64,000 nt of DNA. Origin: a bacterium (GTDB lineage: Bacteria > Patescibacteriota > UBA1384 > CAILIB01). The stretch spans positions 194,039-258,038 of the forward strand of contig JBAXRQ010000001.1 in the NCBI GenBank assembly GCA_037131105.1. The letters run 5' to 3'. The notes under the pieces are model-generated. The model did no database searches. It saw nothing but the letters and a program-made list of their open reading frames with translations, and was not told the DNA's origin. This document shows, one piece after another, positions 1 through 10,541 of this stretch. The position numbers and the translations under genes are program-made. Numbering within the stretch: position 1 is the first letter of the stretch; each line of letters starts with the position of its first letter.

Positions 1-273
1 TTCAGGGTTAAACTGGACAACATCGCCCAGGCTACCTTGGGGCTAGGCAAGTCCGGTGACGGTCTTAAGGCGGTCAGGCTCTATGCCGAGGGAAAGATGG
101 AAGAACTGCGCTCCTACTGCCTAGATGACGTAAAGATCACCCGGGATATCTTTGATCACGGAAAACAGTACGGCAAGCTCAGATACGGTGATCTGGCCGG
201 GGTGAAAGAGGTCGAAGTGGACTTCTTTCCAGAGGTGAGCAAGGACGCTACACTGAACCTCAGCCTGTTTTAA
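1..273 (+). CDS. 3' end of a gene truncated by the window edge; possibly a DEDDy-type 3'-5' exonuclease C-terminus (Y-x3-D motif 'YCLDDVKITRDIF')
   Basis: Open frame runs from base 1 to stop at 273; motif resemblance only. Confidence 0.25.
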   Translation, partial: FRVKLDNIAQATLGLGKSGDGLKAVRLYAEGKMEELRSYCLDDVKITRDIFDHGKQYGKLRYGDLAGVKEVEVDFFPEVSKDATLNLSLF

Positions 274-332
274 CATAAAAACGCCGCCACCTAGGTGACG
301 GGCGCTTTCAATTTGTAGTGGAGAGCTTTGGG

Positions 333-791
333 TTAATGCGTCGACAGTGTGGGAGTTGCCTTGGTGCTGACCTCGGGATTTGGGGGCACCCTTACGGTGA
401 CGATAACGTAGTCTTGCCCCTGGTATTTGACGACCTGGGTGTTCTCGCTGGGCGCCGGCCTTTTCTTGGGATTTGACTCCACCAGGTGTATCTTTACCAG
501 GTTGCCGGTCCCGTTAATGGCGATGGGCAGTGTTTTGTGGGCGGCGGCAACACTGTAAGGCACGTCGACCTCCACATAGTTTCGCTCACCTTCCACTTTC
601 ACGACTGGCTGCTGGGCGGCCGAAGTGATTAGTGTGACTGGTTGTACCGGTTTGGCTTTTACGACTTGAGGGGCAGTGCCGCCACGCAACTGGCTGGCGG
701 CAAATGTCAGAATACCCAAAAAGAGGCAAAAGCCTATCTGTGTCTTCTTGCTCATGTTCCTATTCCTTTCTTTTTCTGTTTTTGGCTCCAC
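333..791 (-). CDS. hypothetical secreted protein (N-terminal signal peptide/TM)
   Basis: ORF with hydrophobic N-terminus MSKKTQIGFCLFLGILTFAASQ; Pro/Val-rich. Confidence 0.4.
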   Translation of the reverse strand: MEPKTEKERNRNMSKKTQIGFCLFLGILTFAASQLRGGTAPQVVKAKPVQPVTLITSAAQQPVVKVEGERNYVEVDVPYSVAAAHKTLPIAINGTGNLVKIHLVESNPKKRPAPSENTQVVKYQGQDYVIVTVRVPPNPEVSTKATPTLSTH

Positions 792-812
792 TACCGGCTG
801 AGAATAGCGGGA

Positions 813-1190
813 TCAATGAGAACAGTCAACCTGGTAGTGGGCCAGCCGGATCGTCTCCAGTGGCAATAGCGCACATTTGAGCCGTATCGGAGAAAGCGGG
901 ATGCCGATAAGGCCGGTGATTTCTTCAACGGGGGTGGCTTGGATTTCTTTGAGTGACTTCCCGATCCAGGTTTCAGCCAGAAGATCAGCAGATGCGGTGC
1001 AGATAGCGCAGGACCTGCCGCTATGCCTGATTTCAGCGATCTTTCCAGCGTCGAGGCGCATATCAATGTGGATCTCGTCGCCGCAGACGGGATTGGCCCC
1101 GTCTACCCTGATGTCAGCCTGTTTAAGTGTGCCGCCAAAGAGAGGCTGCTTGTAGCGTTCGAAGATCAGTTCCTGGGCGAGGTTAAGCAT
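813..1190 (-). CDS. sufU: SufU/IscU-like Fe-S cluster scaffold / sulfur acceptor (NifU N-terminal domain)
   Basis: Motifs NPVCGD, GRSCAICTASA and KCALLPL match the SufU Cys/Asp ligand pattern; adjacent to sufS. Confidence 0.7.
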   Translation of the reverse strand: MLNLAQELIFERYKQPLFGGTLKQADIRVDGANPVCGDEIHIDMRLDAGKIAEIRHSGRSCAICTASADLLAETWIGKSLKEIQATPVEEITGLIGIPLSPIRLKCALLPLETIRLAHYQVDCSH

Positions 1191-2472
1191 TCTTGATATC
1201 CTCGATTATCTCTCGTAGTGCGGCTATGAACTTTTTGCAGTCCTCAGCCGTATTGTAGATCCCCAGGCTTGCCCGTACAGTGGCGGGGATTTCCAGCTCC
1301 TTGTGCAGTGGCTCTGCACAATGCTGGCCGGCCCGCACGCAGATGTTTTTCTGGCCCAGGAGATCAGCGATGTCATGCGGGTGGATGCCGTTTACAGAGA
1401 AGCTAATCAGGCCGCTTTCAGGGTCGGGATTGCCAAGAATGGTGACTCCCTCGATGGTTTCCAGGTCAGTGCGGAGCTGAGAAGCGAGCGGTGCGATCTC
1501 CTGGGTGACATTCGCCATACCGATTTCCTGAAGGTAGGTGACCGCAGCAGCCAGCCCGATAGCTCCTTCGATATTTGGCGTCCCGGCTTCGAACTTGGAG
1601 GGGAGGGTGTTCCAGGTGGAGCCTTCCAATGTGACGGTACTGATCATGTCGCCGCCGGTCTGGTAGGGGGGTATAGCCTCGAGCAGGTCTTCCCTCCCCC
1701 AAAGCACGCCTATACCCGATGGGCCGTAAAGCTTATGCCCCGATAAGACTAGGAAGTCGCAGCCCAGCGTCTGCACGTTAAGTGAGATGTGGGGAGCTGA
1801 CTGGCTGGCGTCTACAATAAACCGAATGCCACTCCCCTGCCGGTCCAGCATTTTTCTGACCGCATGTGCATCCAGAAAGCGGCCGAGAACGTTGGAGCAA
1901 TGGCTCAGTGAAACGATACGGGTACGGGGAGAAATGAACTTTTCTAGCTCTGATAAGTCAATATATCCATCTTTTAGTCCCACGAACGTTAGCTTCAGAT
2001 TACGGTGAGAGGCAAGCTGCTGCCAGGGCACCAGGTTGGCGTGGTGCTCGAGGACCGAGAGGATAATCTCATCCCCTTCCCCAAGGTCTTCACCAAGGCT
2101 GCTGGCCAGGAGGTTCAGTCCCTCTGTTGCAGACCTGGTAAAGATTATTTCCTTGGAAGAGCCTGCTCCGATGAAGTCGGCTATAGTCTGATGGGCGGCA
2201 TCATAGGCCTGGTCGGCGGAAACTGCCAGCGGATAGAGGCCCCTGTGCACGGAGGCGTAGTCCTTCCGGTAAAAGGCATCTACAGCCTTAATAACCGCCT
2301 CAGGTTTCTGGGCGGTGGCAGCCGAATCCAGGTAAACCAGATCAGGATGGGTGGCGAAGATGGGAAAGTCAGATCGGTAGGATGACATGAGGTCAGTATA
2401 GCAGGTGCGTAAAGGTGGCTCAGGCCGGACTCGTAGGACGAGTCCGGCCTGATGCGACGTGTCATGCAGCAA
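1183..2472 (-). CDS. sufS: cysteine desulfurase SufS (class V aminotransferase)
   Basis: PLP-lysine motif SGHKLYGPSGIGVLWG; C-terminal RAGQHCA active-site Cys loop; lies in the suf operon. Confidence 0.85.
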   Translation of the reverse strand: MLHDTSHQAGLVLRVRPEPPLRTCYTDLMSSYRSDFPIFATHPDLVYLDSAATAQKPEAVIKAVDAFYRKDYASVHRGLYPLAVSADQAYDAAHQTIADFIGAGSSKEIIFTRSATEGLNLLASSLGEDLGEGDEIILSVLEHHANLVPWQQLASHRNLKLTFVGLKDGYIDLSELEKFISPRTRIVSLSHCSNVLGRFLDAHAVRKMLDRQGSGIRFIVDASQSAPHISLNVQTLGCDFLVLSGHKLYGPSGIGVLWGREDLLEAIPPYQTGGDMISTVTLEGSTWNTLPSKFEAGTPNIEGAIGLAAAVTYLQEIGMANVTQEIAPLASQLRTDLETIEGVTILGNPDPESGLISFSVNGIHPHDIADLLGQKNICVRAGQHCAEPLHKELEIPATVRASLGIYNTAEDCKKFIAALREIIEDIKNA

Positions 2473-2815
2473 TTGACCATATTCTGTTGTTCTCGGGAGG
2501 CTGGGATAGCTCTGCGAAAGACGCTACTTCCGGCTTCTGAGCGGGATGCAATAGTCTGTCGATAGCTTCCTCAATATCCTCAGGTGTACAGGCAGTGTCT
2601 AGGACGGCGCATGGATCATCGAAGTCGGCGACGAAAGCGGCTAGACGCTGAGCGACAGTGCGGTCTCCAGGTGAGGCAGACGTAATGATGATTACGGCAG
2701 TCACCTGGTTGCTTGCAAGCCATTCCATTGCTGGTAAGGTTGCGAGCGGGAAATGCGTAACCGGTTCTTGAAGGGAACCAATGTTAGCGGGCGTACTACC
2801 GATTACAGCAATCAC
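2462..2815 (-). CDS. hypothetical protein in the suf operon
   Basis: ORF in operon context only; no recognisable motif. Confidence 0.3.
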   Translation of the reverse strand: MIAVIGSTPANIGSLQEPVTHFPLATLPAMEWLASNQVTAVIIITSASPGDRTVAQRLAAFVADFDDPCAVLDTACTPEDIEEAIDRLLHPAQKPEVASFAELSQPPENNRIWSIAA

Positions 2816-2871
2816 TTGTCTCCTCCTTAATCTCTCAATACCACTTCTATATCACGGAATTGTTTCTTTGT

Positions 2872-3456
2872 CTAGTCTACCGGCTGGCTGTAGGAGTTTG
2901 CAAATGCATCGATCAGCATCTTTTCGGCAGTGGCTTCGGAAATTCCGCGGCTCCTGGGATAGAACAGGTCTTCTTCATTGAGAGTACGAACCGTGGCGGC
3001 GTGTGAGCATTTCACCTGGTCGGCCAGTATTTCCAGTGAGGGGAGGGTCCAGCTGTGGCTGCCTTCGCCTAGCAAGAGGGAGTGGTGGGAGAGGTATGAC
3101 TCGCTCCCCTGGGCTGGCTTCTCGATCCGGATCAGGCCTTCGTAATGAGGCTGGGAATTGTCGTAGGCGACAGTTCTGATATCGGTCTCAGCCTGGGTGG
3201 CGGGGGCGTGATGAATGACCTCGGTCCGGAGACGGGGTGCCCACTCCCCCACCGCATTCACAATTCCTGAGAGCAGGAGCCGGGAGTCAGGATGGCGCAG
3301 GTGAAAGACGTAGTGGCGAGAGGAATCGTCCTCAACCTGAAAAATGTAGTGGCTCTCCCCTGCCGGCACCTCGATTTCACAGGTTTCCTCATCTGGATTC
3401 CAATCCAGTTCAGTCGCGGGCAGATCTTTCGAAAATGTGAGGTGATATGTTGCCAT
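2872..3456 (-). CDS. sufD: short SufD-like Fe-S assembly protein (SufB/SufD C-terminal family)
   Basis: C-terminal LFYPRSRGISEATAEKMLIDAF resembles the SufBD family C-terminus; position between sufS and sufB; much shorter than canonical SufD. Confidence 0.45.
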   Translation of the reverse strand: MATYHLTFSKDLPATELDWNPDEETCEIEVPAGESHYIFQVEDDSSRHYVFHLRHPDSRLLLSGIVNAVGEWAPRLRTEVIHHAPATQAETDIRTVAYDNSQPHYEGLIRIEKPAQGSESYLSHHSLLLGEGSHSWTLPSLEILADQVKCSHAATVRTLNEEDLFYPRSRGISEATAEKMLIDAFANSYSQPVD

Positions 3457-3543
3457 TGTTTTTCTTAGAGCGCTGGATGGAGGCTGTCCGGTCGACTTGC
3501 AGGATGGAATCCTGCGGAGAACGGAAGTCTCTGTCCAGTGTGA

Positions 3544-4944
3544 TTACCCGACACTGCCTGACATCTGGAGTTCAATCAAGCGGTTCATCTCCACCGCGTA
3601 CTCCATGGGCAGCTCCTTCACGATGGGTTCGATGAACCCGTTGACGATAAGTCCGGCCGCTTCCGCCTCGGAAAGCCCGCGGGACCTCAGGTAGAAGAGC
3701 TGCTCCTCGCCCAGCCGTGAGACCGTGGCCTCATGCTCGATCTTTACATCCCGCTGGTTGATGTCCATGGTCGGATAGGTGTCGGAGCGGGAGGCCTCGT
3801 CCAGGATCAGGGCATCGCAGGTTACCTTAGAAAAAGCTCCAGTAGCCTTTTTATTTGTTTTTACCAGCCCCCGGTAGGAGGTGCGGCCACCCCCGTGGGA
3901 GACCGATTTTGACGTGATGACCGAGGAGGTATTCGGCGCCAGGTGGACGGCCTTGGCGCCCGCGTCCTGGTGCTGGTTGGGTCCGGCCAAGGCTAATGAC
4001 AATATCTCGGCCCGGGCGCCTTCCCCTATCATAAAGACACTCGGATACTTCATGGTGACCCGGGAACCCAGGTTGCAGTCCACCCATTCCATGGTGGCGT
4101 TTTTGTGGGCGATCGCCCGCTTGGTGACCAGGTTGTAGACATTGTCCGACCAGTTCTGGATGGTACTGTAGCGGACCCGGGCGCCCGGCATGACGATGAC
4201 CTCGACCACAGCTGAGTGCAGGGAGTCGCTAGAATAGGTCGGGGCCGAGCAGCCTTCCACATAGTGCACGTAGGAGCCTTCCTCGGCGATGATTAGGGTC
4301 CGTTCGAACTGGCCGGCGTTCCTGGCATTGATCCGGAAGTAGGCCTGCAGGGGCACGTCGATATGCACCCCCTTGGGGACGTAGACATAGCTGCCGCCGC
4401 TCCAGACCGCGGTATTTAAGGCGGCGAACTTGTTGTCATGGGCGGGGATGACGGTGCCGAAGTGGGTTTTGATGATTTCCTCGTGCTCGCGCAGGGCAGT
4501 ATCGGTGTCCAGAAATACCACACCTTGGTCCTTCCACTTCTGCTGGAGGTTGTGGTAGATGACCTCGCTCTCATACTGGGCGCCCACTCCAGCCAGGAAC
4601 TTCTTCTCAGCCTCGGGCACACCCAGCTTGTCGAAGGTGTTTTTGATGGTATCGGAGACGTCATCCCAGGTACGAGACGGACGATCCTGTGACCTCATGA
4701 AGTAGGTCATCTCGTTGAAGTCGAGTCCGAACAGATCAGCTCCCCAGGTGGGAAGCGGCTTCTCAAGGAAAATCTCGTAGGCCTCCAGGCGCTTTTCCAG
4801 CATCCACAACGGCTCTTTCTTAAAGGCCGAGATAGCCCGCACCGTCTCCTCGGAAAGGCCCTTGGGAGTACGGGTCAGGTATTCCTCCGGGTCGGAGAAG
4901 CCATATGTATAGGGGCTGGCCTTGTAGTCAGTTGGGCTAGCCAT
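3544..4944 (-). CDS. sufB: Fe-S cluster assembly protein SufB
   Basis: Strong family resemblance along the full length; C-terminal FYLRSRGLSEAEA; start trimmed to the internal ATG at 4944 (MASPTDYKASPYTYGF) because the longer ORF overlaps the upstream gene. Confidence 0.9.
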   Translation of the reverse strand: MASPTDYKASPYTYGFSDPEEYLTRTPKGLSEETVRAISAFKKEPLWMLEKRLEAYEIFLEKPLPTWGADLFGLDFNEMTYFMRSQDRPSRTWDDVSDTIKNTFDKLGVPEAEKKFLAGVGAQYESEVIYHNLQQKWKDQGVVFLDTDTALREHEEIIKTHFGTVIPAHDNKFAALNTAVWSGGSYVYVPKGVHIDVPLQAYFRINARNAGQFERTLIIAEEGSYVHYVEGCSAPTYSSDSLHSAVVEVIVMPGARVRYSTIQNWSDNVYNLVTKRAIAHKNATMEWVDCNLGSRVTMKYPSVFMIGEGARAEILSLALAGPNQHQDAGAKAVHLAPNTSSVITSKSVSHGGGRTSYRGLVKTNKKATGAFSKVTCDALILDEASRSDTYPTMDINQRDVKIEHEATVSRLGEEQLFYLRSRGLSEAEAAGLIVNGFIEPIVKELPMEYAVEMNRLIELQMSGSVG

Positions 4945-5287
4945 GCAGGCGGGTGAGTTCGAACTCATGTCCCTCAGGGTCACGTAACACCATGCCCTGG
5001 ATGTTAGGATCACGCATGCCGTCCAGTACCAAGGTGGCGCCCAGTGAGATGGCCTTGTCGGCATAATGGCCAAGCTCGATCTCGTTGTACTCAAAGACTG
5101 GCACGGCACCCGATCCTGAGTAGGAGTCGCCGTCTTCTCCCTGCATCAGGGCGATGCGGGTGTCGTCAATCTTGCATTCGAAATAGGTCTCGGTCTTTTT
5201 CTCGAAAGTGCGGCCAAACAGCTTCTGCCAAAAGGCAAGCTCAGCTTCCATGTCGTTAACCTTGAAATACATAGCGCGAATCTTCAT
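4937..5287 (-). CDS. VOC/glyoxalase-bleomycin resistance family protein inserted between sufB and sufC
   Basis: About 116 aa with a betaalphabetabetabeta-like pattern; 8-nt overlap with the sufB start. Confidence 0.5.
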   Translation of the reverse strand: MKIRAMYFKVNDMEAELAFWQKLFGRTFEKKTETYFECKIDDTRIALMQGEDGDSYSGSGAVPVFEYNEIELGHYADKAISLGATLVLDGMRDPNIQGMVLRDPEGHEFELTRLHG

Positions 5288-6021
5288 GAGGTCCTCCCGT
5301 ATCCTTCGCGCTCCAGGTCTGTGGCTAGCTCGGGTCCGCCGGTGCGGGTGATCTGGCCGTCCTGTAGCACGAGGATGTTATCTGGTTTGATGTGTTCGAG
5401 AAGCCGCTGGTAATGGGTGATGACCAGGATAGCTCGCTCCTTAGTTCTGAGTGAGTTCACCGCCGCGGCCACTACCTTAATGGCGTCAATATCCAATCCT
5501 GAGTCTATCTCGTCTAGGATGATGCATTTCGGTTGCAATACCAGCATCTGCAACATCTCCATGCGCTTTTTCTCACCGCCTGAAAACCCATCGTTCAGAC
5601 TGCGCTCGGCAAAGCTCGTTGGGATATCCAGGGTCTTCATGTGGGTCCGTAGCAGCCTGATGAAGGGCGCGACGCCGGTGATCTCCTCACCTCGGGATTT
5701 CTCCTGGGCATTGAGGGCTTGGCGAATAAAGTGTGAGACGGAGACTCCGGGAAGGCTGGCCGGATATTGGAAGGCAAGGAAGAGTCCGGCCTGCGCCCGC
5801 TCTTCGGGTTTCATTTCTAAGAGATCCTTTTTGTCTAAGCTAACGGTACCTGATGTGGCGACGTAGGCCGGGTGACCAGCTAGGAGATTGGCAAGAGTGG
5901 ATTTGCCGGAGCCGTTGGGACCCATGAGGGCCGTAACCGTCCCAGCTTTCAGCGAAAAACTCACCCCCTTGAGGATATCGGCTTCCTGGCTCTTGGCATG
6001 GAGATTGGTGACGACAAGCAT
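5284..6021 (-). CDS. sufC: Fe-S cluster assembly ATPase SufC
   Basis: Walker A GPNGSGKST; ABC signature LSGGEKKR-like FSGGEKKR; Walker B ILDEIDSGLD. Confidence 0.9.
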   Translation of the reverse strand: MLVVTNLHAKSQEADILKGVSFSLKAGTVTALMGPNGSGKSTLANLLAGHPAYVATSGTVSLDKKDLLEMKPEERAQAGLFLAFQYPASLPGVSVSHFIRQALNAQEKSRGEEITGVAPFIRLLRTHMKTLDIPTSFAERSLNDGFSGGEKKRMEMLQMLVLQPKCIILDEIDSGLDIDAIKVVAAAVNSLRTKERAILVITHYQRLLEHIKPDNILVLQDGQITRTGGPELATDLEREGYGRTS

Positions 6022-6314
6022 CAGGCGGTCTGGTAAGGAAGTGGAATGGCGGGGGCCTCGTGGGTGACCGGCTCATCATTAACTGCAATGACGTCCTCGA
6101 TCTCGTCGATCTTGATCATCAGCATCTCCTTGAGGCCGTATTCGAGGGTGTAGTTGGCGGCGGCGCAGCCAATGCAGGTGCCTTTGAAGCGCAGCTCTAC
6201 TACCCGGTCAGGAGTAATCCTGACCACCTCGATACTGCCACCGTGCAGGCCCAGCATGGGCTGGACCTCGGCAATAGTCTCCTGAATTTTCTGCTCTAAT
6301 GTGAGGGTGGGCAT
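6021..6314 (-). CDS. NifU C-terminal domain (Nfu-type) Fe-S carrier protein
   Basis: GGSIEVV...GTCIGCAAANYTLEYGLKE matches the Nfu CxxC motif; start trimmed to MPTLTLEQ. Confidence 0.5.
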   Translation of the reverse strand: MPTLTLEQKIQETIAEVQPMLGLHGGSIEVVRITPDRVVELRFKGTCIGCAAANYTLEYGLKEMLMIKIDEIEDVIAVNDEPVTHEAPAIPLPYQTA

Positions 6315-6395
6315 GTAAAGGGATACTAGCATAGTTCCCAAGATCTGGCGACCTGATAGACCACCCGCTATACTGAAAAGTGAATAATACACAGT

Positions 6396-7313
6396 ATGCT
6401 CCTGGAAGGCTTTCTTAATGCTCGTCTCCGTGAACTGTCTGGCCCCTTGGCCGGTAGTGTTAGAGCTATCGAGGCCTTGCGTCAGCTGGCTGATCTGAAA
6501 ACAGTGGTTATCAGCTCGACTGATCTACTGTATGACGGTCCGCCTCGACTGAGCCAGTACTTTGGAGTAGAGGACCAGACTCTAAGAACTAAGCAACAAG
6601 TACTACAGATCGCCGCCAGCGTGGCAGCTGGCAGTCGATTGCCCATCTTCTCATCATTCGTGCAGGCTGCCCAGGAGGCAGGCTTACCCATCCGCGAGAT
6701 TGAGACGGACGCAGTGGGGCCGGCGGGCATCACCGGTAAGCTGGACCGTACCTGGTACGTGCTGGGAGACGAGTCAGCCATGCTCGCTGAACGGATAGAG
6801 CTAGGCACCACCAGTCAGGTCATGATGAAGAAGTTGGAGCTGGAAGGGAGCCAGATGTATTTCCTGGCCCAGAAGCAGCCGAAGCGTCTGCTCGGCATTT
6901 TTGCAGTAGAGCCGCGCTTAGTCACAGCCTCGATAGAGGAAGCCCACCGACTCACCGAGATGGGACTTGAGTTGATACTGCTTACTGTCGAAAAGACTCG
7001 GGTGGCAAAGGGAATTTCCCAGCAACTGGGGATCTCACTGGTACACAGCGAGCTCTCAGCTGAAAGCAGTGCTCAGCTCATGCTGTCGCTCCAGGGTGAC
7101 AGTAGGGTGGTGGCCACTGTCATAGGTAGGGAAAAGCTGCGCTATGCGTCGCGCCTGCATCTTCCCGTCTTTCTCTCCAGCGCCAAGGGGGCAGAGGTGC
7201 CGGTGCGAATCCAGCAGTTCTCAGACCTGTCTGATCTGGTGATATACTCCCGAGAGTTACTGGAAGCGGCTCGAAAAAAGCTATTTTGGTGTAAGATAGA
7301 GCCATACGAATAG
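6396..7313 (+). CDS. hypothetical protein
   Basis: 305-aa ORF with good coding periodicity; no motif recognised. Confidence 0.35.
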   Translation: MLLEGFLNARLRELSGPLAGSVRAIEALRQLADLKTVVISSTDLLYDGPPRLSQYFGVEDQTLRTKQQVLQIAASVAAGSRLPIFSSFVQAAQEAGLPIREIETDAVGPAGITGKLDRTWYVLGDESAMLAERIELGTTSQVMMKKLELEGSQMYFLAQKQPKRLLGIFAVEPRLVTASIEEAHRLTEMGLELILLTVEKTRVAKGISQQLGISLVHSELSAESSAQLMLSLQGDSRVVATVIGREKLRYASRLHLPVFLSSAKGAEVPVRIQQFSDLSDLVIYSRELLEAARKKLFWCKIEPYE

Positions 7314-7328
7314 AAGATAATCTTCCCT

Positions 7329-8693
7329 ATGTCGCTTACTCTCTCATTTCAGGATCTCTTTGCCTCAGGTGACTTCACCGCAAACGATTTGGCTTGGCTG
7401 GTAGGCGAGTCGCAGCCTTTGTATGAGCGGATACAGGGGGAGATCCGTGAGGGGAAGGTAGGATTCGCAGCTCTCCCCTATCAGTCTGATGAGGAGATTG
7501 GTGCCATTACTGAACTGGCCTTACGGGTACGTAACCAGTTCAAGAACCTGGTAGTTATCGGCATCGGCGGATCGGACTTGGGTGCGCGAGCCGTACAGCG
7601 GGCCTTAAACCATCAGTTTTATAATCTCAAGGCCCAGCCACACCTGTTCTTTGTAGGTGATACTACTGATCCCGTAGCTCTGCAGGAGGTTCTGGACGTT
7701 ACACCTCTTAAAGATACCGCCTTCGTAGTCATCTCTAAATCTGGCAATACTGTCGAGCAGATGAGTACCTTCGTGTATGTCCGTCAGCTGCTGCTGGATG
7801 CATTGGGGGTAGAAGAGACAAAGGAGCATATCATCATATTGACTGACGAGCATACCGGTACTCTGCGGGAGATCGTCAAGCGCGAGGGCTATCGAAGCCT
7901 GGTGATACCCGCTACTGTGGGGGGCCGCTTCTCAGTGCTGACCAGCGTAGGACTCTTTCCATTGGCTGTAGCCGGAGTGGATATCCGGGGGTTACTTGAG
8001 GGCGCCAAGGCCATGGCCGAGCATGATCGGACGCAAACGGGGATGGGAAATCTTCCTCTGATCTATGCCGTTTCCCAGATGCATTCATATCGTTCTGGCC
8101 GGCCTATCTCAGTACTCATGCCCTATGCTTACTCGTTACGTGAGATGGGCTTCTGGTTCCGTCAGCTCTGGGCAGAGAGTCTCGGTAAAAAAGTCGATCT
8201 AGAAGGAACTACTATTCATGTTGGCCCAACCCCAATAGCCGCTGTGGGGCCTACCGACCAGCACTCCCAGGTCCAGTTGTATATGGAGGGACCTGCCGAC
8301 AAGATCTTTACCTTTATTACGGTAGACGAGCCGGCCGTGAACCTGACCCTGCCTGGCGCCTATCCTGATCTTGAAGGAGTAAGCTATCTCAAAGGGCATG
8401 ATTTTGCTGAGATTCTGGCTGCTGAGCAGGCTAGTACCGCCTATGCCTTAGCTCAGGCCGGACGTCCTAGCTGCGTGATCCGTCTACCAAAGCTCGACGC
8501 CCATGCCATCGGAGAGCTGCTCTACTTCTTTGAGCTGGCAGTCACCTATGCCGGAGGCATCTTAAATATCAATCCCTTTGACCAGCCTGGTGTGGAGATC
8601 GGCAAGCAGTATATGTATGGTCTGCTGGGTCGTCCTGGGTTTGAGGATAAGCGGTTTGAACGAAATGACACTTCCCATAGTATTCATTCGTAA
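7329..8693 (+). CDS. pgi: glucose-6-phosphate isomerase
   Basis: Motifs SKSGNTVE, GGRFS, GPTDQHSQ typical of PGI. Confidence 0.9.
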   Translation: MSLTLSFQDLFASGDFTANDLAWLVGESQPLYERIQGEIREGKVGFAALPYQSDEEIGAITELALRVRNQFKNLVVIGIGGSDLGARAVQRALNHQFYNLKAQPHLFFVGDTTDPVALQEVLDVTPLKDTAFVVISKSGNTVEQMSTFVYVRQLLLDALGVEETKEHIIILTDEHTGTLREIVKREGYRSLVIPATVGGRFSVLTSVGLFPLAVAGVDIRGLLEGAKAMAEHDRTQTGMGNLPLIYAVSQMHSYRSGRPISVLMPYAYSLREMGFWFRQLWAESLGKKVDLEGTTIHVGPTPIAAVGPTDQHSQVQLYMEGPADKIFTFITVDEPAVNLTLPGAYPDLEGVSYLKGHDFAEILAAEQASTAYALAQAGRPSCVIRLPKLDAHAIGELLYFFELAVTYAGGILNINPFDQPGVEIGKQYMYGLLGRPGFEDKRFERNDTSHSIHS

Positions 8694-8702
8694 TATCAGA
8701 CT

Positions 8703-9053
8703 ATGTTGCTGCTTAGCTGGCTGATCAATGCGCTCGCTCTGATTCTGGTATCAAATTTTGTGCCGGGTTTTGAGGTAAATGGTATCTTTGCTGCCTTGGT
8801 GGCTGCCTTTATCCTGGGACTGGTCAACGCCGTCATCAGGCCGATACTGATCCTACTTACTCTGCCGATAAACTTACTTACCCTGGGTCTGTTCACCTTG
8901 GTGATCAATGCCCTCATGCTTGAGCTGGTAGCGAGCATCGTCAAGGGCTTTACTATCGAGACATTCTGGGCCGCCCTCTGGGGAGCTATCGTGCTGGCTC
9001 TTATCAGCTGGGCCACTAATTATTTTCTGAAGAGCAGTAACTCCGAGCAGTAA
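8703..9053 (+). CDS. DUF360 / phage-holin-4_2 family 4-TM membrane protein (YvlD-like)
   Basis: Four hydrophobic segments; RPILILLTLPINLLTLGLFTLVINALML pattern typical of the family. Confidence 0.55.
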   Translation: MLLLSWLINALALILVSNFVPGFEVNGIFAALVAAFILGLVNAVIRPILILLTLPINLLTLGLFTLVINALMLELVASIVKGFTIETFWAALWGAIVLALISWATNYFLKSSNSEQ

Positions 9054-9194
9054 GCGCTGCATGTAGTAGTCTGGGCGGTTTCAATCGGATGAGACGGGCT
9101 GGGTATGTGATACTCAGCTTTGCTCCACCTGACGTAGCTACTCTTCCTGGTGAGTCGTGCAAATGACTACCATGTCAACAGCGATGTAACTTGA

Positions 9195-10540
<1,346 letters not shown>

Positions 10541-10541
<1 letters not shown>

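Noticed and set aside
3851-4692. Multiple antisense and overlapping ORFs inside sufB (3851-4087, 3881-4138, 4050-4262, 4416-4664, 4438-4692)
   Set aside because: They are fully contained within a strongly supported conserved gene and have low-complexity Arg/Pro/Ser-rich products.
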